64,000 nucleotides of DNA from Lingula anatina (Eukaryota; Animalia; Brachiopoda): assembly GCA_051362555.1 (NCBI GenBank), contig CM120641.1:49234401-49298400 (forward strand), written 5' to 3'. Shown piece after piece: positions 14,501-29,300 of the stretch. A program made the position numbers and the translations under genes. The notes under the pieces are model-generated. The model searched no databases. It worked only from the letters and a program-made list of their open reading frames with translations, and was not told where the DNA came from. Every line of letters begins with the position of its first letter. The first letter of the stretch is position 1.

Positions 14501-17500
14501 AATAATGTGTCCACAGTTGCTGAAGCAGACCATGTCACTGGTATAGCAGATGGCACATTGATGTAGGCAATTGGTTTACATGTACACCTACAGCACATTG
14601 ATGTAGGCAAGTGGTTTACATGTACACCTACAGCACATTGATGTAGGCAAGTGGTTTACATGTACACCTACAGCACATTGATGTGGGCAATTGGTTTACA
14701 TGTACACCTACAGCACATTGATGTAGGCAATTGGTTTACATGTACACCTACAGCACATTGATGTAGGCAAGTGGTTTACATGTACACCTACAGCACATTG
14801 ATGTAGGCAATTGGTTTACATGTACACCTACAGCACATTGATGTAGGCAATTGGTTTACATGTACACCTACAGCACATTGATGTAGGCAAGTGGTTTACA
14901 TGTACACCTACAGCACATTGATGTAGGCAATTGGTTTACATGTACACCTACAGCACATTGATGTAGGCAATTGGTTTACATGTACACCTACAGCACATTG
15001 ATGTGGGCAAGTGGTTTACATGTACACCTACAGCACATTGATGTAGGCAATTGGTTTACATGTACACCTACAGCACATTGATGTAGGCAATTGGTTTACA
15101 TGTACACCTACAGCACATTGATGTAGGCAATTGGTTTACATGTACACCTACAGCACATTGATGTGGGCAAGTGGTTTACATGTACACCTACAGCACATTG
15201 ATGTGGGCAATTGGTTTACATGTACACCTACAGCACATTGATGTAGGCAATTGGTTTACATGTACACCTACAGCACATTGATGTAGGCAATTGGTTTACA
15301 TGTACACCTACAGCACATTGATGTAGGCAAGTGGTTTACATGTACACCTACAGCACATTGATGTAGGCAATTGGTTTACATGTACACCTACAGCACATTG
15401 ATGTGGGCAATTGGTTTACATGTACACCTACAGCACATTGATGTGGGCAATTGGTTTACATGTACACCTACAGCACATTGATGTAGGCAAGTGGTTTACA
15501 TGTACACCTACAGCACATTGATGTAGGCAAGTGGTTTACATGTACACCTACAGCACATTGATGTGGGCAAGTGGTTTACATGTACACCTACGGGAAAGAT
15601 GCACATTTGCTTGGCTTGCCAACTTGATTGTCAAATGTTTATAGTAGACATAAATTATCTATCCACTCACTGTTTATCCAGCAGCCTGTGTTTATCAAAT
15701 ACTGTCATGCACATCTACATCACTAATGAAATTTATTTCACTTGAAACATAAACAAACTGTCACCTACCTCAGGTCTGGAATATGTATCCATGGCAACAG
15801 AATCATCCATGGCACTGAAAACATTGTTCAAAACTAATCATTGTTCAATTTTGAGATGTTAATTTTGAATGTAGATATGACAAGTTCTGACCAACTGTGA
15901 TTACCAATGACATTTAAAGCTGAGATAAAAGTAACAGAAGGTAAGGATATCTAACTATACTGTTACAGTATTAGTACTACACATACTTCAACATAATTGA
16001 AGAGCAGCAAATCAATTTTTTTAAAATATACAATGACAAAAGCAGATGTCTTTGAGGTATTTAAAGCAAGTGTTGTCGCTTATGACAACAATTTGCGTTT
16101 ACAATCGTATCACTGGTCAGCTTTTATTATTATGCAAATCATTTGCTCTGTATAAATACTGTATGCAGTAGTTCTGGGCGCGGCCACGTTGTATTTGACG
16201 AGCGAAGGCTCAGGTCGTCGAGTCTGAAGTTTTAGTAGGCAAAATTTGTGGATCAACACTGGACGGGAAAGCCACATTTCTCTGTACGTATTGTATTCAA
16301 TTCTATTGTTAATCATTTGCACAACATTTCCGTTTTCTTTTTTTTATAATTAATTTATTATTTCTTTTTATATTTGTATTCAATTTATGTTATATTTGTG
16401 TATTTTGTATAATTAGTTTGGTATTTGACTTTCATTATTTTGTTATTTTTAGTTTCACCATATCCATGTCAGTGTGCGTGAAATAAAGTGTGAACATTTC
16501 CCGTCGTTTGTTTGTTTTGATGTGGGATCCGCAACAGTGAAAAGAGAAATCTAGACATTGGACAACTGAATTCCCCTAAGACGACACCATCTCCATGTAA
16601 GAAACTACAATATGAGTGAAAGCAAGGATCAAGAAATCGAGAAGCTGCGACTCGCACGTAGGGCACGGAAGGGCGCTGTTACACGGGTGATTGGGGTGAT
16701 AGAGCGTGCTATAGCCGCGGATGAACCAAAGACTGTCGACGCAAACGTTAGTAAGTTGAAAGAAGTGTTTACAAGCTTTGAAAACTGTCATGATGCGTAT
16801 CATTCTCTACTTGAAACTGACTCTGACATTGAAACCAGTGAAGCTTGGTTTTCTCAGGTACAAGATAGCTACATAAGAGGTATTGGAGCAGGTGTTACTT
16901 ACATGAAAAGTCTAAAACCAGAAAGTGAATCTGAACAATTATCTGAGCAAAAACTTATCAATTTACTTTCATTACCAAAAGCAGAAATAGACACATTTTC
17001 TGGAAATCCATCTGATTTCTATAGCTTTTGTGCAGTATTTGACGAAACTATTGACAGCAAAATTGACGATAAAAGTGTCAAGTTGACCAGGTTATTGCAA
17101 TACACGTCTGGTGCTGCCAAAGATGCAATAAAAAATTGTGTTCTAATTGGTGAATCGGGTTATGATAAAGCACGGGAAATTTTGAAGGCCAGATTTGGTA
17201 ATGATCACTTAGTAGCCCAGCGAATTATTAATGATCTCAAATCAGGCAAAAATGTAAATACGCCAGATGAATTACAAAAATTGGCAGATGATTTGCAAGT
17301 TGCTAGTGTCACTTTGGAAAAGTTAGACATGCTAAGTGAAGTTGAGAATCAAAAAACAATCTTAGATATTGTGAAAAGGTGTAGAGTAAAGATAGTAGAC
17401 AAATGGCGACATAAAGCACTCAAAATTAAAAGTGTTGAGAAAAGGTATCCCACATTCTCACAATTTGTAGATTTTGTGTCACAACAAGCAACAGAGGCCA

Positions 17501-20500
17501 ATGACCCGGTTTATGGGGACAGTCCTGTATATCATCCTGGCCGTAAGTCATCTAGTACTTTTACTTATACCGCCCAAGGGCCCATTGACCCCCCTTTTGA
17601 ACCCCCTGTTCAGCGTGATCTCCCTCCATGTGTTGTCTGTCATCAGCCGCATGATTTGTTTCATTGTGAGGTCTTCAAGGCAAAAAGCGTTCAAGCTCGT
17701 TTTGATATCATAAAGCAAAATCGCTTATGTCACAATTGTTTTTCAGCTGGACATTTTGCTAAAGATTGTCGGAAAAATACTGTGTGTACTGTGCCAGGTT
17801 GTGGACGTAAGCACTCAAAGTTTATTCATTTCGGTCAAAGTGAGAAGTCGTCCTCCAAAACCGCAAGTAACGGCATTTCAGACACCGTGACGAACGCTAG
17901 TGTTCACTCTAATTCCAATCATGTGAATCTGCCCATTGTGTCCGTCAGAGTAAACGGACACGTGATAGCCTCCGCTCTTTTGGACAATGGTTCTACTTCA
18001 ACATTTATTTCTGAACGTCTTGCAAATGAACTTTCTCTCAAACACTCACAAAGCTTGAACTATCAAATGAACACGTTGAGTTGTTCACAAAGTACAAAAT
18101 CTCACGTTGTGTCATTTCAGGTGTCACCTGTTCATGATTTGAATGTCTCCTATTGTTTGTCAAATGTGTTAGTTATCCCACAAATTCGTGTGCGAGCGAA
18201 TTCGCGAGTTAACACTGATGCGTATCCGTATTTGAAAGATATACCTTTCAGTAACACAGGATCGGGTCACGCAGATATTATTATTGGAATGGACAACGCG
18301 CATTTGATCATGCCGTTAGAGACACGTTGCGATGAAAGCGGAAATTTGAAACTTTACGCGTCTCGTTCGCGCTTAGGTTGGACATTGAACGGCCCGTTGA
18401 ATGAAAAGTTGGCATCTGATATTTCAGTCAATTTTCTCTCGGTTGAAGAAAATATTGAGAATTTATGGCGACTCGAAAATGAGAGCGCGGTTTCTTTCTC
18501 GCAAGAAGATGGAGAAGTTTTGGCCCTGTGGGAATCGACTGTTAGTGAAGAGAACGGTCATTACGTGTTACCGATACCGTGGAAAACAGGGTGTCCGAAA
18601 TTTCCGTATAACAAGAACGTGGCGATCAACCGCTTACACAGTTTAGAACGTAAGCTGGAGAAAGACGGGTTATACGAAAAATATCACGACAACATATTGG
18701 ATTTGATTTCCGATAGTTATGTTGAGAAAGTCCCAGATGATGAAATTGATCTGCGCGACGGCACAGTATGGTATATTCCGCACAGACATGTTTTGAATCC
18801 CTCAAAACCTGAGAAATTGCGAGTTGTTTATGATTGTGCGTGCAAATGTCAGGGTGTTAGTCTAAATTCTCAGACCAAACAAGGCCCAGATTTCATAAAC
18901 AAGCTGTTAGGTATTTTGTTGCGATTTCGTCAACATAAATACGCGATAATGGCGGACATCAAGGCCATGTACTATCAAGTTATGGTGCCCGAATGCGATA
19001 GAAATTCGCTCAGATTCTTATGGCGCGACGGGGAAAATCTTGTTCACTATCGCATGCGCGTCCATTTGTTTGGTGGAAAGTGGTCAGGGAGCGCAAGCTG
19101 TTATGCTCTAATACGCACAGTAAAAGACCATGAAGTCACAGAATTGATCAGAAACACCGTGTTGAAATCTTTTTATGTCGATGATTTGCTCAAATCCGTG
19201 AAAACCAGAAAAGAGGCTCGTGAGGTCATTGAAGGCACAAAACGCGCGGTGAGCCGCGGCGGATTCGATCTCACTCAATTCGTAGTAAATGACTTCGAAT
19301 TAAATAAAGCTATTCCTGTTGATGACAGAGCTAAAGAGGTGAAAGAATTAGCGTTCGATTCTCATGCAAAAGCTCTCGGGATTAAATGGGAAGTCATGCC
19401 TGATTATTTCTATTACATCTTCAGACTCAAAGAAAGCGCGATTGTTACCAAGCGTATCATTCTCAGTACGGTTGCCTCGATGTATGATCCTCTTGGATTG
19501 ATATCTCCTGTCATCACACGCGGTAAAATGATATTTCAAAAGGTAACGCGGTTGCGCGAAGGATGGGACACACCGGTGCCTGGTGACTTGAGTCTTGAAT
19601 GGCAACGTTGGATTGAATCTTTGAAAGATTTACACACTCTTCATTTTCCAAGGTGTGTTATTTCGGAGACGAGTTATGCTTCCGAGGTGCACATTTTTTG
19701 TGATGCTAGTGAAAAGGCTTACGGAGCTTGTGCATACCTTCGATCAGTCTGTAGTGATGGCAAAATCCGTATTGCGTTATTGGTAGCTAAAAGCAGATTA
19801 GCGCCTTTAAAGCAAGTCACTATACCGAGACTGGAACTTACTGCATGTGTTGTCGCTGTTGACCTTGATCGGTTAATCCGCGAAGAAATGGATGTACCTT
19901 TGTTGCCTACTACATTTTGGAGTGATAGTGAGGTCGCGTTGGCCTATATTGCAAATGAAACTACGCGTTTCAAAACGTTCGTGGCAAATAGGGTGTCTTA
20001 CATAAGACAAAATACCAGTGTGCAACAATGGCGACGGATTCCCGGCAAATCCAATCCAGCCGATATTTTATCGCGAGGAAGCAATGTTGATGAAATGCCT
20101 GAAAATTGGATGAAGGGTCCTGCATTTTTATCGGAATTCAGATCAAAATGGTCCTGCCCAAAGTCCTCTCGGGACATTTCTAATGATCTTGAAATCCACA
20201 CATGCATTGTCAGTGAACAACTTGAGAAAGCCGTATCTGAAAGAGATGTCTCACCTTTACAAAAGTTATGGAATCATTATTCCAGTTTTTACAAGCTTTG
20301 CAAAGCTGTGGCATGGCTTTTACGATTCAAAAGACATCTTCGTGGAAAAGACATCATAAAAACGAACGTAACGGCATCCGAGTTGAAAGAAGCTGAAGAT
20401 TCCATTTTCAGAGCAGTCCAAAGCGAAGTATTCTTTCGTGAAATTCAATCTTTGAGTGAGTCCGGCGTTATTTCGCGATCGAGTGCAATCTACAAGTTAT

Positions 20501-23336
20501 CTCCTATTGTGAAGGACGGGATTTTAGTTGTTGGCGGTCGGCTTATTCATTCATCATTAGCATGTAAACAGCCCCCCATTTTGCCCAGATCTCACAAAAT
20601 TTGCTCTTCAATCATTCGCGACTTTCACGGTGGAGCACATATGGGAACTGAGTGGACCCATAGTATTGTCCGTCGGAAGTACTGGATAGTCGATGGAAGA
20701 AATTTGGTGAAGAAAATCGTCAAAAACTGCGTAATCTGCAAAAAGCTCTACGCGTTACCTATGTCGCAGAAAATGGCGGATTTGCCCGAGGACAGGTGCA
20801 GCGCAGGGGGGCCTCCTTTTGATATTGTCGGCATCGATATTTTCGGGCCACTTGTTGTGAAAGTAGGACGTTCTGACGTAAAGCGTTTTGGATGCATTTT
20901 TACTTGCTTCAAAACACGGGCGTTGCATATTGAGGTGTTGGAAAATTTGAGTACCGACGCGTTTCTCAATGGGTTTTTCCGTTTTGTCGCGAGAAAAGGA
21001 TGTCCTTCCAAACTTTATAGTGACAATGCCACGAATTTTATTGGTGCTCAAAGTGAGCTGGCGCGAAGCTTACGTCAGCTCGACAAGAGTAAAATACTTA
21101 GGGAAACAAGACGCAGAGACGTCGAGTGGAATTTTAACCCCCCACATGCATCCCATCATGGAGGGATCTGGGAACGCATGATAAGAACTGTCAGAAAAAT
21201 ACTGACAGCACTGTTGTCAAATGTGTCTACCAAGTCATTATCTGATTGGGTATTACAAACAATTTTATGTGAGTGCGAAAGCATTATAAATGGAAGACCC
21301 ATGACAAAAGTCAGCACTGACTCAAATGACTGTGACGCTCTTACTCCTAACCATCTGTTACTACTCCGTAACAATCCCTCTCTTCCTTGGGGTGATTTTG
21401 AAATAGCAGATGCGTATAGACGGTTGTGGAGACATTGTCAATTTCTTGTTTCCCAGTTCTGGAAGCGATGGACTAGGGAATATTTGTCTTTGCTTCAGTC
21501 TAGACCCAAGTGGCGGGAGATCAAGCGAAATTTAAAGAGGGGGGACCTTGTCCTTATTGTTGATGCTTCTATGCCCCGTGGTTCATGGCCTCTTGCTGTA
21601 GTAGAAAATGTTAAGATTGGGAGAGATAGCTTAGTGCGTAGCGCGACGGTTCGTACTAAATCGTCTCGCTATAATAGACCCATCACAAAATTAGTATTTT
21701 TAGAGGGAGACTGTTAAGATATGTGTTATATTGTTACAATATTGTTTAAGTGACATTATTTAAACAATAAATTGTAAGTAAATTTGAATAAGAATAAGTA
21801 GACTATTAAGATATGTATTATATTGTTACAATATTGTTTAAGTGGCATTGTTTAAACAATAAATTGTAAGTAAATTTGAATAAGAATAAGTAATATTGTT
21901 TATTTTTGTTTGTTTGTTTGTGACAGATAATATAGTGAATATGTGTTTGTTTGAGTATATAGTGAGGTAGATAAATGCATTTTTTGTGTGTGTGTTTGTA
22001 CAAATAATTTTTTTTTTTTTTTTGTTAAAGTGGGAGTGTTGTCGCTTATGACAACAATTTGCGTTTACAATCGTATCACTGGTCAGCTTTTATTATTATG
22101 CAAATCATTTGCTCTGTATAAATACTGTATGCAGTAGTTCTGGGCGCGGCCACGTTGTATTTGACGAGCGAAGGCTCAGGTCGTCGAGTCTGAAGTTTTA
22201 GTAGGCAAAATTTGTGGATCAACACTGGACGGGAAAGCCACATTTCTCTGTACGTATTGTATTCAATTCTATTGTTAATCATTTGCACAACATTTCCGTT
22301 TTCTTTTTTTTATAATTAATTTATTATTTCTTTTTATATTTGTATTCAATTTATGTTATATTTGTGTATTTTGTATAATTAGTTTGGTATTTGACTTTCA
22401 TTATTTTGTTATTTTTAGTTTCACCATATCCATGTCAGTGTGCGTGAAATAAAGTGTGAACATTTCCCGTCGTTTGTTTGTTTTGATGTGGGATCCGCAA
22501 CAGCAAGAAAAAGAATGATAAGGATGCCATGTAATTAGATCAAAACTGGGAGAAAGTTGGGGGACAATCCAACACCTTGTTGTTGCCCTAGATGTTCCAT
22601 GACGTAAAAGGAGATGGAAGTAATTAGATTTTCACCTGGTGTCCACAGGGGCAGCCCCAGGGGTATGCTGGATAGATATAAGACCATGGTTATTGGAGAA
22701 GAAGATTCCTTGATTATCACATCTACCTGCAAAGACAACAGAAATACTGAGCTTTCCAATTCTATGCGATATTCAAAATATGAATAAGATTTTTAAAATA
22801 CGCCTATACAAATTTACCTTAAATGGGTGCTTATTTGATCCTCTGCAATATTATAGAATTTGACATTTGTAAAACATAATTCAATGTTTGCTTTTTACCT
22901 GCTCCTAGAAATCGTTCTCCTGGTCCTTGGAATTCCACTTTGTCAAAAGCCTGACTAGAGCTCGTTACTGAAGAATTATGAAAAAAAGGAATATTAATAC
23001 TGCATCAATATCTCGTGCACACGATTCATTGAAAGAGAGATGAATATCAAATAGTTTGCACACATATCAACAAAAGCACCACTACAAGAAATGATTGCAA
23101 GATTGGATGTCACAGATTATAATGTATATTGCTCAGTGCAAAAAACAGAATATGAGAAACAAGGAAACAATTTGCAACATCTTGTGCTATATTTTACCAC
23201 TGTATTTTACAGATTCTAATCATTTATCAATATAAAAAGTCCATATTAACACTACTGACCAGGCTTCTTTTGAATTCTGAAGTAAATAAAATATATGAAT
23301 ACTTTCAATCCTCTTGGTTGCCGTATCTCAATAAGG

Positions 23337-23368
<32 letters not shown>

Positions 23369-26300
23369 TGAAGTATTGGTTCTGTGTAGATTTACCTGAG
23401 ACAATGTAGACAGAGGTGGTATTGTGGAGAAATGCCACAGCTCCACAGGGGTCTGGTAATAACAACTTGTAACTTAACAATTCAGCTTCATTATCTTCCT
23501 GTAAGTAAAAAGAGAAACACTTTATGGCTCTGTACAATTATGAAGACCTGGACTTCTACCTCAGACTTTACGAAAGGCGTCGGACCGTCGGACATGCCTG
23601 GCAAATTTCGTCTCGGTCCGATAAAAAATCCTATATCGTCGGACCGTATGTCCGGCGAGTTTTCAAACTGACTGGGAATGTGTAAATATAAGGAATACGT
23701 TGTTGTTTCTTTTCTGGACGATATATTTTACTACATTCGAAAAGAGAGACGGGGTGAAAATCTCGGGGAGTTCCCAGCTAATTATACATAATTTATTAAC
23801 CTCAGTTTCACTCACAAATACTATTTTGTGACTGGCTGAGGTTGGGGGATTCCTGGATGATGTAATGTACAGTCTCGTTTTCGTTTTCGTAATACCCCCT
23901 ACACGACAAAATGGATGCAACACATGTGCTCGTGCTATTTGCGTTTTTACAGACTTGATCCTCTGTTTCTTCATTATCAGTCATACACAGTACTCATGGA
24001 TAGGCCTTTTGTTTAGAAAATGACGTTGTTGAACTTTAAACACTTCGTTGATGCAAAGCGTGGCAAAAAATAAAAACGAAGTGAGGAAGAGAAACGGAAG
24101 TTTACTAAAATTGGAAAGAAGGTAGGCCCTGGCGGACTTGTGATCTGTAGGAGAGGAAAAAAGCTTCAATTGGATGAAAGAGACTGCCTTATTGTGCTGT
24201 TTCAATATGCATATGTTTTTGCCAAAAACAAGGTGTGAAATCGTTATCTGATTAACAATAACAGACGTTTTTATGCACATACATTGATATTACTAGCTAC
24301 ACATTCTTCATACTTGCATTGTTTTTAGTCCTTGTGTCATTCCACAGCGTCTTTTTCATTAAATAAAAAAAAAACAACTTGTTATGCAAGTAATTTTTTG
24401 TCTATTTTTTTTTTTGTTTTTCTTTCTTATTTTACTTTTTTACAAATAAATATATATCAAAAATTTAATATTTGAATTAATGTCAGTGATTTAAAACGTT
24501 AGAAAATACACATGAAAACATGAATAATGGTTCACATTTCTATTATTTTACTTCGGTCTGACAGATTTTGTTTCGGTCTGACAGAATTTTCAAGCTTGTC
24601 AGACCGAATGTCTGACAGATTTTTTGGCCTTTCGTAAAGTCTGCTACCTCCATTTAAACTTGACAGGGTGTGAAAGACAGAGTAAAAAGAGAAAGGTCAG
24701 ACTACCAGCCAATGTGGAGAGACATCAACAGTAACTGAAAAATAATGTAAAACAGTTATACATACGGTAAAGTGCCATGAATTTCGAACGGCTCTTGAAT
24801 TTCGAACGATCTTAAAATCGGCCGTCTGGAGTTTTTTCTGGACCATGAATTTCGGCCAGTAAGCAATTTTGCGCGATCTTGATTTCATGAATTTCGTACA
24901 CCTTAAAATCGGCCACCGGGCTATTATCGCGCTTATAAAGATCTAACAGTCGGCAATGTTGCCCTAGCGTACCTTTACCTGAGTACTACGTGTGCGGCCC
25001 AAGGTGCAAGATAACGATCAGTACAGTTAGTTTAGGACGCTAAACAACATCGTCATATCTATTCATTCAGATAACAGGAGAATCTATTAAGAGTTGTACT
25101 GTCGGGCTGTTGTTTCTTTACCGCAGTATTCGGTGTGAGATAGCGATCGGTAGTTTTGCTGAGGCGCACAATAGCATTGTTAACAGTAGAGACTTCAGTA
25201 ACAGAACAAAAGAGCAATATTAAGAGCTGCAATAAAGATAACCATTATTGCTTTCTTGTCTCGCTCAGATCGTTCACGATCTCCCGCTGACGATCTTCCG
25301 GTAATGAAGTCCCTTGAAATGTACAAATGAAATGAAAAATATTTTTAAAAATTATAAATTCCAATGGGGAGGGATGGAGAGTTAAAAACAACCGAGAACG
25401 ATCTCCGGCTGACGATCTTCCGCAAACGAAAGCCACTGAACGAGTATGAGCTTTCTCGTTTCACTCGGACTGCGACGCTGACGATACGAAAATTGCGTTC
25501 TCGTCTCGCCCTTTGGCTTACGAAGTCTCTTTAACAAATATGAAAATTGCCTCCTGGTCTCTCTCGGATTGCGAACGATCTCTCGCTGAAAATTTGAAAT
25601 TTTCCTTTTTGTCAATCAGCTTTGTCAGTTGCCGTGTGTATGAAGGTCCGGAAGGAGTCCCCTTTCACAAATTGGCCTGTAGTTTGCTTAGTGTTTTGTA
25701 CCGCATGAAGGTCACTCTTGTCACTGCTGCATACGGCGTGGAATGTGTATCTTAAAGTTCATAGAAACATTTTATTGTGTTTTGTAAGCTTTAGGAAGTA
25801 GTTTCGTCGTGACTGAATATCAGCGTACACTACAAAGTAGTACCATTCATCTCTGACGCATCATAAAAGCTAGGTACGTCAAATTACTCTAAGAAAATTT
25901 CTTACAACGTCCACGGCTGTCCCGACAAGCCAAGACGTCATTTAAAAAAAAGTCGCAAGCCGTCTAGCCGTCTTTGAAAATATAGGCCATCCGGTGATGT
26001 CAGCGGCCGTCCAAATGACGGCTGGACGGTATGTTTATTTAACTAGGGGCTTACTGACATCACCCAGCTTACATGCGGGTGCATGCCTCCCAAAATTATA
26101 TTAAAGGATAAAATTGTAATATATCTAAGTTTAATTGTTTGTAAATTTTGTAAAAATTGCCCATACCACCCCGTTAGTTTGGAGAGTTATGCTGGATCAA
26201 GTCCGTGTCAAAATTCTTTGAAACTTTGCAGGAAAAATCAATCTTCCTTTGTTTCTCTGGCTCCTTGTTTAACCCGATGATCAGATTTATCTAGTACCCC

Positions 26301-29300
26301 CAGGTCTGCTAGAGCAGCTCTTTGAAAATAACACACAGGTAGATTTTTATCTGAGGTAAATATCGCGTTCGATACACTCAAGACAAAAGCTACCTGTGAG
26401 CTGAAGGGCACTTTACCCTCTAATTAAGAGGTAAAGCAAGTTCCAGCTAGATGGACGATTAAGATCGGACTTCAGATGGTAACTAGTATTGTTTACCTCA
26501 GTTCTGTGAAAGCAAACGAGAAGGGTGTCAGAACAATGGTGCATATATAAATTATACAGAGAATTTGTACATTCAGGTGACATTAACTTATAATCGAAGG
26601 GGATTTTCGATAATATTCCTTGAAAAGTACACTAGATTTATAGAGAATAATATCATGGTTGGCCAAGAAATTATATACGCACAGTGTATCCGTGCGTATG
26701 TCTGGTTACGCCCCTGTCGCAAACCAGCAAACCATATCCTGCTGATTACATGAAAATTGCCTTCTAGCATGGACAAAAAGTCCAAGCCATTATGCTTGCT
26801 CGGATCGCTGACGATCTCTTGCTGACGCATATAGTAACGAAGTCCCTTGAACTAGTGTGGAAATTGGCTTATTGTCGCGCTCAGATCGCTCGCTATCTAC
26901 CATTGACGATCTTCCAGTCCCTTGAACGAATATAAAAACTGCCTTTTCGGTTTACTCTAGATTACCTATCTCTCGCGTTTGTTTGAAGATGGTTTCAATG
27001 ACAAAACGTACACGCTTTTCAAATGCGTACATTGACGCAACTATGCGCCAGGAAATCAGTTGCTGCTGCTGGTTAAGATTGGGTTGCCTGAGCGAAAAAA
27101 AAAAAAAAAAAAACGCCCCCCCCCAAACCTAGTATATTTCATCGCAGACAACAATCAGCGGTCATCTTGGTCGCAGCGCACGACGGAGAGAGAACGTAAT
27201 ACACAGTTCGGCTGCCGTGGCGAAGGCTACCTGTGCGCCGCACATACCGATCTGCGGTCGTAGTGGCCTCCCCGCACGGAGGAGAGGCCGTTGTGCCGAG
27301 GCCGTATTCTGCAGGGAAGGCTACGTATGCGTCGGAGACACCGACCCGCGAACGGCGAGATGAGGACGCATTCGCGCGTAAAGCTCCGCCCGACTTTAAC
27401 GGTAAAGGCAACGAACCTGGTCGCGGAAGACACTTATCGCAGATGAAGGCTACCTGCACGTGCGCCATAGACAATGATCGGCTGTCGTCTCGGTTTCAGT
27501 GCACGGAAAGGAGCAACGGTAACACTAAGCTTCCATAGTAAAGGTTATCTGGCCGTGGCAGATGCTAATCGTCGGCCGTCTCTCCCTCCGTCCACTCCCG
27601 TTCTGAGCGCCAGGATCGTTTTTGAAAAACGACACTTGTTTCTGGCTGCCAGAATCGCTTTTGAAAAACGACACTACTGATAACGATACTGTTTTGCGGC
27701 CCTAGACAACATTACCGCTCTATCTATGGGCCATACACAGTGATCGGGTGAAAGTACGTGTATACCTTTGGTCGCAATTACCGACACTCACACATCATAC
27801 ATTATGGTAACTCTAAATAGATCGTCGGGAGAAGATAACAGAAAGCCTAGCGACGAACAGACAACTTCCGGTCAAAATTGACAGAATTCCATGAAATTCG
27901 AACTTTCGCATGTTCTGAGCATCTCCATTTCATGAATTTCGGCCAGAACGATCTTTTCCCAAATTTAATTATTTTTTACTGTTCGAAATTCATGGCACAT
28001 TACCGTATATTTACACAAAATAAATGTGGCACGCATGACTGGTATTCACTTTTTTGTGGAAACATAAAATACCACTGTTATAACTTAATGATGCCCACAT
28101 ATCTATGTGTACACTATATATTACCTGATATATCTATGTGTACACTATATATTACCTGATATATCTATGTGTACACTATATATTACCTGATATATCTATG
28201 TGTACACTATATATTACCTGATATATCTATGTGTACACTATATATTACCTGATATATCTATGTGTACACTATATATTACCTGATATATCTATGTGTACAC
28301 TATATATTACCTGATATATCTATGTGTACACTATATATTACCTGATATATCTATGTGTACATTATATATTACCTGATATATCTATGTGTACACTACATAT
28401 TACCTGATATATCTATGTGTACACTATATATTACCTGATATATCTATGTGTACACTATATATTACCTGATATATCTATGTGTACACTATATATTACCTGA
28501 TATATCTATGTGTACACTATATATTACCTGATATATCTATGTGTACACTACATATTACCTGATATATCTGAGTGAAGTTAGTAACAACAAAGGACAGGAA
28601 ACTGACAGGTGCCTCACTGCCTTCTGTGTTCAATGTTCCTAGGAAAAGAAAGAAATATGGTAAGATTCTAAGAATGATTCTTATTTTAGTCCCTGAAGAA
28701 GGCACATAAGCCAAAAGCTTGGGCACTTTTTATCTATCATAGTTGACCTTTACTGATGCATTTTCAATGTTATTTATTTATTTCTTATACAAGATCAACA
28801 TGGTGATTATGATGAAACTTCAAAGAACATAGTGACGTCACAAATGTTGGTAATAAATGCCGTATAATCCACTTACATAGAGCATAGTGTATATGAGGAA
28901 TACACTTACCTAGAGCATAGTGTATTTGAGGAATACACTTACCTAGAGCATAGTGTATTTGAGGAATACACTTACCTAGAGCATAGTGTATTATTTGAGG
29001 AATACACTTACCTAGAGCATAGTGTATTTGAGGAATACACTTACCTAGAGCATAGTGTACTTGAGGAATACACTTACCTAGAGCATAGTGTATTTGAGGA
29101 ATACACTTACCTAGAGCATAGTGTATTTGAGGAATACACTTACCTAGAGCATAGTGTATTTGAGGAATACACTTACCTAGAGCATAGTGTATTTGAGGAA
29201 TACACTTACCTAGAGCATAGTGTACTTGAGGAATACACTTATCTAGAGCATAGTGTATTTGAGGAATACACTTACCTAGAGCATAGTGTACTTGAGGAGA

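Noticed and set aside
9960-15591. Regular 40-46-bp arrays resembling CRISPR arrays
   Set aside because: Units are contiguous with no unique spacers, there are no cas genes, and the context is eukaryotic introns.
16110-16322. Identical 70-aa ORFs at 16110-16322 and 22076-22288
   Set aside because: Chance ORF within the two identical LTRs.
27060-27680. Cluster of overlapping short GC-rich ORFs
   Set aside because: Inside a TIR element, with no recognisable domain; explained by high GC and low stop density.
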